A stretch of DNA of 14,409 bases from Octopus sinensis (GCF_006345805.1 NW_021825850.1:1-14409), one strand, 5' to 3'; shown: positions 1 to 8,432, counted from the stretch's first letter. Program-made: numbers and translations. Notes: generated from the sequence alone by a model not told the origin.

Positions 1-24
1 GTTCAATGCTGACTTATTTGACAG

Positions 25-660
25 CTTCCCTTCTTTCAATGTTTCTCTCATTGTCTTTCTTTCTTCCTCTCCTCTCTCTCACTCTGTTTTACTCTCTCCC
101 CCTATTTCTGTGTATGTGTGTGTTCTTATGTGTGTGAGAGTATATTTCTCTTCATGTCAGTTATATTTGTATTGTTTCCCTCTCTCCTCTCCCTGCCTTT
201 TATTCACCCCTTATAGCCCCCTTCCTCCCTCCCTCACACACTCACTCACTCAACCTGTCTCTCTTTCTCTCACTGTCACTTCCTGCTCCGTTCTCTCTCC
301 GTCTCTCTCTCAGTGCTTCTCTTTGTCTTCCTCTTTTTCTGTCTCTCTCCCTTCTCTTCCCCATCTCTCTCTCTCTCCCTCTCTCTCCTCACTCTCTCCT
401 CACTCTCTCCTATATTCTCTCTGTATCTTCCTCTCTCTCTCCCACCACCTCTCTGTCTCTCTCACCCCCTCTCTGTCTCTCTCTCCACCTCTCTGTCTCT
501 CCACCTCTCTCTCTTACCTCCTCCTCTCTCTCTCTCTCACCTCCTCCTCCTCCTCTCTCTCTTATGTCTATGAAGAGAAGGAAAGCTTTTATATGAATTG
601 TATTCAATTTAGAAATCGTTATATCTAAGTCCTTCCCTCCTACCCTCCGCCTCTCTCTAT
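25..660. repeat. Degenerate (CT)n / polypyrimidine low-complexity tract
   Basis: Dominated by ctctct/ctcc motifs; overlapping ORFs are S/L-rich artefacts. Confidence 0.9.
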
Positions 661-667
661 ATATATA

Positions 668-1465
668 CATGTGTGTGTCTGTGTGTGTTTGTGTGTGTAT
701 GCGTACGTGTATGTGTGTGTGTCTGTGTGTGTGTATGCGTGCGTGTATGTGTGTGTGTTTTTCTGTATATGTGTCTTTGTGTGTGGGCGTGTGTTTGTGT
801 GTGTATGTTTATGTGTTTGTGTGTGTCCGTGTGTATGTTTGCCTCTGTATATATATATATGTGTTTGTGTGTGCGCGTGTGCGTGTATGTGCATGTGTGT
901 GTTTGCCTTATGTCAGCCTGTGTGTTTGTATGTGGGTGTTTGTGTGTGTGTTTATGTGTCTGTGTGTTTGTATGTGGGTGTGTGTTTGTGTGTGTTTATG
1001 TGTGTATGTATGTCGTGTCTGTCTGCGTGATTCTGTGCGCACGTGTTTGTGTGTATGCGTGTGTATGTTTCCTTCCGTATGTGTATTTGTGTGTGCATGT
1101 GTGAGTGTTAGCCTGTCTTTGCATTTGTGTGTGTGTTTGTGTGTGCCTGTATTTTTGCCTCCGTGTGTGTGTGTATGTGTGTGTATATGTGCGTGTGTAT
1201 GTCTGTCGTTGTGTGTTTGTGTGTATGTGTTTTCCTCAGTGTGTTCGTGTGTGCGTGTGTTCGTGTGTGTGTGTGTGTGTTCGTGTGTGTGTGTGTTTGC
1301 GTATGTTTCTCTCTGTGTGTTTGTGTGTGTTCGTGTGTGTGTGTGTTGGTGTTTGTGTGTGTTTGCATATGTTTCTGTGTGTGGGTGTTCGCGTGTGTGT
1401 GTGTTTGTGTGTGTGTGTGTTCGTGTGTGTGTGTGTGATCGTGTGTGTGTGTGTGCATGCGTGTG
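668..1465. repeat. Long degenerate (GT)n microsatellite
   Basis: About 800 bp of interrupted gtgtgt; gives V/C and H/T ORFs in all frames. Confidence 0.95.
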
Positions 1466-1713
1466 GGGGGCACCTGCGTCTCGCTTGCCGCGTGAATGCA
1501 TCTAGTACGCATCCTTGCGTACACCGTGTTGTTGATCTGCAGGTCATGCGCCCCAGAAACCTTCATCAGCAAGCACCGATGATGGTGGAATGCTGCTGTC
1601 CCCTTAGGGTGATCCACAGAGACATCAGTCACTTAGTCAACCCTTTCCAGGGGCTGATTGATCATCTTGCTGAGACCTCCACCATTAGATGACGGGTGTT
1701 GTTGATCTTATCG

Positions 1714-2248
1714 TTTGCCTTTCATCCTTTCGGGGTCGATAAATTAAGTACCAGTTACGCACTGGGGTCGATGTAATCCACTTAATCCGTTTGTCTGTCC
1801 TTGATTGTCCTCTCTGTGTTTAGCCCCTTGTGGGTAGTAAAGAAATAGGTATTTCGTCTGTCTTTACGTTCTGAGTTCAAATTCCGCCGAGGTCGACTTT
1901 GCCTTTCATCCTTTCGGGGTCGATTAAATAAGTACCAGTTACGCACTGGGGTCGATGTAATCGACTTAATGCCTTTGTCTGTCCTTGATTGTCCTCTCTG
2001 TGTTAGCCCCTGTGGGGTAGTAAAGAAATAGGTTATTTCGTCTCTGTCTTTACGTTCTGAGTTCAAATTCCGCCGAGGTCGACTTTGCCTTTCATCCTTT
2101 CGGGGTCGATTAAATAAGTACCAGTTACGCACTGGGGTCGATGTAATCGACTTAATGCCTTTGTCTGTCCTTGATTGTCCTCTCTGTGTTTAGCCCCTTG
2201 TGGGTAGTAAAGAAATAGGTATTTCGTCTGTCTTTACGTTCTGAGTTC
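1714..2248 (+). mobile_element. Head-to-tail multimer (~2.9 units, 184-186 bp) of tRNA-derived SINE family A (Nin-like core), without the 5' head
   Basis: Unit start tatttcgtc at 1850, 2034 and 2220; B-box-like gagttcaaattcc; core gcctttcatcctttcggggtcgat..aagtaccag resembling the Nin-domain SINE core. Confidence 0.85.
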
Positions 2249-2258
2249 CGCTCCCCGT

Positions 2259-2382
2259 TTAGAAGTACCCTACAATCTAAATGTAGTGCAAATGTCGGCA
2301 TTACTTGGAACTGCACGCATACTGCGTAAAGTACTGACTTCTGAGGTCTTTGTTGGGACTTGACAAACAATTTAAACCCACA
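2259..2382 (+). mobile_element. 5'-truncated 3' end of an R4/Dong-type non-LTR retrotransposon
   Basis: Frame from 2259 reads LEVPYNLNVVQMSALLGTARILRKVLTSEVFVGT*; QxxALLGTARILRKVL is the typical C-terminus of R4/Dong-clade ORFs. Confidence 0.75.
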
Positions 2383-2384
2383 AT

Positions 2385-2817
2385 ATGGCGGCCCCGCGGC
2401 GCGTAGACGAACGGAGAAAGCAAGGTGGCGTGAAGGCGGCGGCCACCCGCCAGGCTGACGGTGTCTTAGGCTGACGTCTCGGGCATCCTGCCGAATGATC
2501 CCGGAGACATCCACCTGCCGACTGCAAGCCCTCAATATAGTCTTGACCCCCTTGGGGTACGACGGTCACCTAGAGCGTGACTATCCAGCCGGGGCCGACC
2601 CGTCAGCTTACGGGTCTGATTTTTTTAACTTACGGGTCGGACCACGTCGCTGTATTTACCCGGTGCATATCGCCACACACTCCCGGCGACTGACGGCATC
2701 GATCGCGCCTACGTCAATGTGTACGTGGGCGACACCGCGAGGTTCGCTTCAGCCTTACTAGATCGGGCACGGTAGCACGGCGGAGCTCCCGGCGACTGTA
2801 GCGACGTCGTAGGGAGA
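2385..2817. other. GC/CpG-rich, hairpin-rich island of unknown origin
   Basis: Sharp compositional contrast with AT-rich flanks; several stems and duplicated 8-13-mers; no convincing ORF. Confidence 0.55.
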
Positions 2818-2819
2818 GT

Positions 2820-3109
2820 GAAGGATAAGAGATGTTACAGTATAACTGAAACATTGGGGAGGGGAAGTGGAAGGGGCAGTAGCGAAATATTTTCATGAAA
2901 TACAACTCAGACATTTAAATGGATAGGGTTTTTCTAAGGATGTGGGCAGTACTTGTTAGCACAATCTTTCGGATTTCTCTGAGACATGGTTCTCCTGGGA
3001 TATTATATATATATTTCTGACATCCCTTTCTTATCATACCAAGGGCACTCACAATAACAAGAACAGTTCTCACTTTAAGATACCACATCTTTTGTATTTC
3101 AATTTCCAA
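2820..3109 (-). mobile_element. 5'-truncated 3' end (ORF C-terminus plus probable 3' UTR) of a second R4/Dong-type retrotransposon
   Basis: ORF 2915-3109 reads EIEIQKMWYLKVRTVLVIVSALGMIRKG...IPGEPCLREIRKIVLTSTAHILRKTLSI*, fitting the R4/Dong end of the restriction-like endonuclease region (xxW...PVIVGALG...TAHILRK). UTR boundary approximate. Confidence 0.85.
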
Positions 3110-3110
3110 A

Positions 3111-3247
3111 TTATTATTACCTTCGCCTTAGCGAAGACGGTGGTATTGTTTGCAGTCGTATTTGTTTGTTTGTCCGTGGACAAGATATCTCAAGAACCGC
3201 TGGCTGGATTCGAATGAAACCTTCAGGAATGTTTGGCCTTGTGATTC
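3111..3247 (+). mobile_element. Left end of a non-autonomous Helentron (HINE/DINE-1-like) element
   Basis: ttattaccttcgcc start, short (gttt)n/gtcc microsatellite, then gatatctcaagaacc..ggattcgaatgaaac, the usual HINE 5' layout. Recognised by pattern only; no right end seen. Confidence 0.55.
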
Positions 3248-3282
3248 TTGTTGTTGTTGTTGTTATTATTATTATTATTATT
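3247..3282. repeat. (TTG)n(TTA)n microsatellite
   Basis: Direct reading. Confidence 0.95.
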
Positions 3283-3284
3283 TA

Positions 3285-3480
3285 AGGAAAGAGCTGGCGG
3301 ATTCGTTCGGACGTCGGACAAGATGCTTATAGGCATTTCTTGCGGCTTTTTAAAGATCTCAATTCGAATTCCGCCGCGATCAACTTCGCTTTCATTCATC
3401 CGGGGCCGAGAATATAAAGTACCAGCGAAGTACGGGAGGCGGCTGTATCGACTAACCACTTCCCTCAGAACTGCTGGCAT
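3285..3480 (+). mobile_element. Old diverged monomer of SINE family A
   Basis: gagctggcggattcgtt head, ttcgaattccgccg B-box region and gctttcattc..ggggccga..aaagtaccag core are colinear with 3734-3900. Confidence 0.7.
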
Positions 3481-3733
3481 TATTCAAATATTATTTTACC
3501 ATATTAATATTAATGCGCAGGCTGACACTCCAAATGTATTGGAAATTAACATTTTTAATTTAAATTTTTGCATCATTCGTTATTATTAAGTTACAGACTT
3601 AATTTGATAAAATAGCAAAAAATTATTTCAATTTTATTTTGAAAATTGAATTGATAATTACAAACTCATATTTTTTTATTAATATTTAGCTGGAGCAACG
3701 GGATGACTCGAGGGCCGAGAGTGTCGCGCGTTG

Positions 3734-4700
3734 GCGAGCTGGCAGAAACGTTAGCACGCTGGACGAAATACTTAGTGGTATTTCGTCTGCCGTTACGTTC
3801 TGAGTTCAAATTCCAACGAGGTTGACTTTGCCTTTCATCCTTTCGGGATCGATAAATAAAGTACCAGTTACGCACTGGGGTCGATACAATCGACTTAATC
3901 CATTTGTCTGTCCTTGTTTGTCCTCTCTGTGTTTAGTCCCTTGTGGGTAGTAAAGAAATAGGTATTTCGTCTGCCGCTACGTTCTGAGTTCAAATTCCGC
4001 CGAGGTTGACTTTGCCTTTCATCCTTTCGGGGTCGATTAAATAAGTACCAGTTACGCACTGGGGTCGATATGATCGACTTAATCCCTTTCTCTGTCCTTG
4101 CTTGTCCTCTCTGTGTTTAGCCCCTTGTGGGTAGTAAAGAAATAGGTATTTCGTCTGCCGTTACGTTCTGAGTTCAAATGCCGCCGAGGTCGACTTTGCC
4201 TTTCATCCTTTCGGGATCGATAAATAAAGTACCAATTACGCACTGGGGTTGATATAATCGACTTAATCCGTTTGTCTGTCCTTGTTTGTCTTCTCTGTGT
4301 TTAGCACCTTGTGGGTAGTAAAGAAATAGGTATTTTGTCTGCCGCTACGTTCTGAGTTCAAATTCCGCCGAGGTTGACTTTGCCTTTCATCCTTTCGGGG
4401 TCGATTAAATAAGTACCAGTTACGCACTGGGGTTGATATAATCGACTTAATCCGCTTGTTTGTCCTTGATTGTCCTCTCTGTGTTTAGCCCCTTGTGGGT
4501 AGTAAAGAAATAGGTATTTCGTCTGCCGCTACGTTCTGAGTTCAAATTCCGCCGAGGTCGACTTTGCCTTTCATCCTTTCGGGGTCGATAAATTAAGTAC
4601 CAGACGAATACTGGGATCAATGTATTCGACTTAATCCGTTTGTCTGTCATTGTTTGTCCTTTCTGTGTTTAGCCCCTTGTGGGTAGTAAAGAAATAGGTA
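3734..4700 (+). mobile_element. SINE family A: one tRNA-like head followed by five 184-bp head-to-tail units
   Basis: Head ggcgagctggcagaaacgttagcacg; unit starts at 3779, 3963, 4147, 4331 and 4515 (period 184); array ends gaaataggta at 4700. Confidence 0.92.
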
Positions 4701-4857
4701 CTCATCAAACTTGTAGCAAATCGAAGGGATGTAAATTTAGATGGCGGTAGTAATGATATTTCCCTGGATCGTTCTGGAACAATAATACAATAATGTCACG
4801 TGGATAATTCATATTTTACAGGTGATTTTTCCCGTTACGACGTTGAGTAAGTAAACA

Positions 4858-5264
4858 TGTGTGGTAAGTAACTTGCCTACTAACCACATGGTTCCGGGTT
4901 CAGTCCCACTGCTTGGCATCTTGGGCAAGTGTCTTCTGCTATAGCCCCGGGCCGACCAATGCCTTGTGAGTGGATTTGGTCGACGGAAACTGAAAGAAGC
5001 CTGTCGTATATATATATATATGTATATATGCGTGTGTGTGTTTGTGTGTCTGTGTTTGTCCTCCCTAGCATTGCTTGACAACCGATGCTGGTGTATTTAT
5101 GTCCCCGTTACTTAGCGGTTCGGCAAAAGAGTCCGATAGAATAAGTACTAGGCTTACAAAAGAATAAGTCTCGGGGTCGAGTTGCTAGATTAAAGGCGGT
5201 GCTCCAGCATGGCCGCAGTCAAATGACTGAAACAAGTAAAAGAGTAAAAGAGTAAAAGAGTAAA
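4858..5264 (+). mobile_element. tRNA-derived SINE family B with internal (TA)(TG) microsatellite and (GTAAAAGA)n tail
   Basis: A-box-like tgtgtggtaag, B-box-like ggttcagtccc, cttgggcaagtgtctt core, 8-mer tail repeat; several further copies in the window. Confidence 0.88.
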
Positions 5265-5350
5265 TATTAAAAATCAAATAAAGGAGAGTTATGCGATGTT
5301 ACACACACATAAATGTGTCCATTGCTGAATAAATGCATCGCCAAACATGG

Positions 5351-5644
5351 AGTAATGTCTCGATATACGAATTTAATTTGTTCCCAGGGATCACTCGTAA
5401 AGCGAAAACTCGTAAAACAGCAGTTATTTCCCATATAAGCAATGTTATAAATCGCAATTCGTTCCCAGAAAAATATTTTACCGATAAAATTTACAATACA
5501 GTAATGGCTTGATAAACGAATTTAATTTGTACCCGGAGACCGCTCGTAAAGCGAACACTCGTAAAACAGCACTTATTTCCCATATAAGCAATGTTATAAA
5601 TCGCAATTCGTTCCCAGAAAAATATTTTACCGATAAAATTTATA
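5351..5644 (+). repeat. Two ~149-bp tandem units resembling a pogo/Tigger-like terminal region; third unit at 6456-6598
   Basis: gtaat..cgat.acgaatttaatttgt.ccc..ctcgtaaagcgaa.actcgtaaa..tcgttcccagaaaaatattttaccgat starts at 5352, 5501 and 6456. The repeat is clear; the transposon class is tentative. Confidence 0.7.
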
Positions 5645-6035
5645 GAAGTGGCTTATGGTAAGTAGGTTGCTTACCAGCCACATGGTCCCGGGTTCAGCCC
5701 CACTGCGTGGCACCTTAGGCAAGTGTCTTCTACTATAGCCTCGGGACGACTAAAGGCTTGTGAGTGGATTTCGTTGACGGAAACTAGAAGAAGCCTATCG
5801 TATATGTATATGTATATGTGTGTATATTTGTGTGTTTGTGTTCGTCCCCCCAACACCGCTTGACAACCGATGTTGGTGTGTTTACGTCCCCGTACCTTAG
5901 CGGTTCGGCAAAAGACACCGATAGAATAAGTACTAGGCTTACAAATAACAAGCTCTGGGGACTATTTGCTCGACTAAAAACGGCGCTCCAGCATGGCCGC
6001 AATCAAATGACTGAACCAATTTAAAGAGTAAAAGA
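5644..6035 (+). mobile_element. SINE family B copy
   Basis: Colinear with 4858-5264. Confidence 0.88.
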
Positions 6036-6048
6036 TTGAAACAGTAAT

Positions 6049-6455
6049 ACTCTCTTTTACTCTTTTACTTGTTTCAGTCATTTGACTGCGGCCATGCTGG
6101 AGCACCGCCTTTGGTCGAGCAAATCGACCCCGGGACTTATTCTTTGTAAGCCCAGTACTTATTCTATCGGTCTCTTTTGCCGAATCGCTAAGTGACGGGG
6201 ACGTAAACACACCAGCGTCGGTTGTCAAGCAATGCTAGGGGGACAAACACCGACACACAAACATACACACACACTTATATATATATATACATATATACGA
6301 CAGGCTTATTTCAGTTTCCGTCTACCAAATCCACTCACAAGGCATTGGTCGGCACGGGGCTATAGCCGAAGACACTTGCCCAAGATGCCACGCAGTGGGA
6401 CTGAACCCAGAACCATGTGGTTGGTTAGCAAACTACTTACCACACAGCCACTCCT
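6049..6455 (-). mobile_element. SINE family B copy, full length, with possible 5-bp TSD gtaat
   Basis: Reverse complement of family B from aggagtggctgtgtggtaag to the gtaaaaga tail; gtaat at 6044-6048 and 6456-6460. Confidence 0.88.
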
Positions 6456-6598
6456 GTAATGGCTCGATAAACGAATAAATTTGTTCCCGGTGACCGCTCG
6501 TAAAGCGAAAACTCGTAAACCAGAACAATTATTTTCTATAGTAGCAATGTTATAAATCGTAATTCGTTCCCAGAAAAATATTTTACCGATCAAATTTT
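6456..6598 (+). repeat. Third ~149-bp tandem unit
   Basis: Colinear with 5501-5644. Confidence 0.8.
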
Positions 6599-6624
6599 TG
6601 TCACACACACACACGCACATTTAT

Positions 6625-7180
6625 ACACGACAGGCTTCAACACAGTTTTCCCCGACCCACAAGCCATTGGTCAGCACCGAGTCTGTAGTAGAAGCCACTT
6701 ACCTGTTTCGTTACTACCCACAAGGGGCTAAAGACAGAGGAGACAAACAAGGACAGACAGATGGATTAAATCGATTATATCGACCCCAGTGCATAACTGG
6801 TACTTAATTTATCGACCCCGAAAGGATGAAAGGCAAAGTCGACCTCGGCGTAATTTGAACTCAGAAGGTAAAAATAGACGAAATACCTATTTCTTTACTA
6901 CCCACAAGGGGCTAAACACTGAGAGGACAAACAAGGGCAGACAAACGGATTAAGTCGATTGTGCGTAACTGGTACTTATTTGATCGACCCCGAAAGGATG
7001 AAAGGCAAAGTCGACCTCGGCGGAATTTGAACTCAGAACGTAACGGCAGACGAAATACGGCTACGCATTTCGCCCGGCGTGCTAACGATTCTGCCAGCAC
7101 GCAGTGCAATGGAACCGAACCTGAAACCACATGGTTGGGCAGCGAGGTTCTTAACCAAACAGCCATCACTGTGCCTGCCT
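6625..7180 (-). mobile_element. Old SINE family B 5' half, split by a nested family A dimer
   Basis: Body at 6625-6702 (cgacaggctt..gccacttacc) continues as the head at ~7098-7180 (gaacctgaaaccacatggttgg..cagcca). Confidence 0.65.
6706..7097 (-). mobile_element. SINE family A head plus two units (dimer)
   Basis: Reverse complement gctggcagaatcgttagcacg..tatttcgtctgccgttacg; internal junction gacgaaatacctatttc near 6877-6893; one unit has an internal deletion near 6960. Confidence 0.88.
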
Positions 7181-7380
7181 CAGAATTTTCCCAGTGAAAA
7201 TCTCGCCATGACCCGAACCGCATTTAAGGTCACCTCATACGGAAGACGCAGCGATTTTGACATTTAACATTCCATTTTAATTAATTAAATATCCGTGTTC
7301 CCTGGTGCGTAATTGATGCTGAGAAAGTTTTCTGATTTTAAAGTTCCTTCGTCAAGATTGTGCCGATGACATTCAGCGCC

Positions 7381-7400
7381 ATCTACTTATCTATCCATCC

Positions 7401-7478
<78 letters not shown>

Positions 7479-7520
7479 ATATATATATATATATAACTAT
7501 CTATCTACTTATCTATCTCT

Positions 7521-7563
<43 letters not shown>

Positions 7564-7672
7564 GGTAGCTAACTGTCTCTATCTGTCTGTCTGACAGCCT
7601 GTCTCTGTGTTTGAGTGTATCTATACATATATATACAAATATACACACACATACACACACGCACATACATTC

Positions 7673-7747
<75 letters not shown>

Positions 7748-7748
7748 A
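7381..7748. repeat. Compound microsatellite (ATCT)n/(TA)n/(CA)n/(GA)n
   Basis: Direct reading. Confidence 0.95.
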
Positions 7749-7750
7749 GA

Positions 7751-7949
7751 GGCGCAATGGCCCGGTGGTTAGGGCAGCGGACTCGCGGTCGTAGGATCGC
7801 GGTTTCGATTCCCAGACCGGGCATCGTGAGTGTTTATTGAACGAAAACACCTAAAGCTGCACGAGTCCCCGGCATGAGGTGGTGGCGATAATGCAAAGCG
7901 CATTGTGACCAGCGATGTGTAGCAACATCTGATAGCCTGGTCGGTCACG

Positions 7950-7953
<4 letters not shown>
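7751..7953 (+). mobile_element. tRNA-derived SINE family C
   Basis: Head ggcgcaatggcccggtggttagggc (intact D-arm/A-box), ggtttcgattccc B-box, structured tail gtgacc..ggtcac; second copy at 9771-10012. Confidence 0.85.
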
Positions 7954-7986
<33 letters not shown>

Positions 7987-7994
7987 CGATTTAT

Positions 7995-8386
7995 CAGGGG
8001 AGAATTCACAAAAAAAACCCAAAAGACGAAGATAGGTGTTGTAGACAATAAACAGATGTATTAGTTTAACGCTTGGGAAGTGAAAATGTCTTTAACGTTT
8101 CGAGCCTACGCTCTTCCACAGAAAGGAACACAGAAAGAAACAAGGAGAGAAAATAAAGAATGTGTAGTGGCTAGCGAAATATCATGGCGAATGCTGGACA
8201 GAAGGGGCACACAGGAGAGCTAGGAAAACGGGAGATAATAAAGTAGTGGTAATCCAAAAATGAAGGTGCGCGAGCGCATGTATAAGAGAGTTTATATGAA
8301 AGTGCGGAAGAGGGTTGGTGACAGTCCAAAGGAAAGAAAGACGGAGGAAGAAATCGCCAACGATACGTACGTGGTTATATACACGT

Positions 8387-8389
<3 letters not shown>
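7995..8389 (-). mobile_element. Penelope pLTR-like non-coding repeat carrying a hammerhead-like motif
   Basis: Homologous to 12779-12972 (+) and 9141-9260 (-); flanked by (TA)n. Penelope assignment is inferred from the ribozyme motif. Confidence 0.6.
8090..8125 (-). ncRNA. Candidate minimal type I hammerhead ribozyme, variant core
   Basis: CUUU CUGUGGA A GAGC GUAG GCUC GAAA CG UU AAAG: stem I CUUU/AAAG, stem II GAGC/GCUC, palindromic ACGU in place of stem III. Confidence 0.6.

Positions 8390-8432
<43 letters not shown>

Noticed and set aside
110-1692. Long ORFs (up to 278 aa) rich in C/V, H/T or S/L
   Set aside because: Translations of (GT)n and (CT)n tracts, open in all frames.
2494-2544. 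U3 snoRNA-like words on the minus strand (aagactata, gggatcatt)
   Set aside because: Wrong spacing and no boxes B/C/D in order on that strand.
2591-2620. tmRNA-like start ggggccga; twister-like caagccc nearby
   Set aside because: The remaining conserved elements are missing.
2495-2761. 88-aa ORF, and a GSDH peptide in another frame, within the GC island
   Set aside because: No recognisable domain; frequent stops in other frames; the SDH lacks the other endonuclease motifs.
3779-4700. CRISPR-like periodic array
   Set aside because: Whole 184-bp units repeat with no unique spacers; eukaryotic SINE context and no cas genes.
7751-7822. Functional tRNA gene
   Set aside because: The D-arm pairs but the acceptor and T stems do not; it continues into a SINE body present twice.
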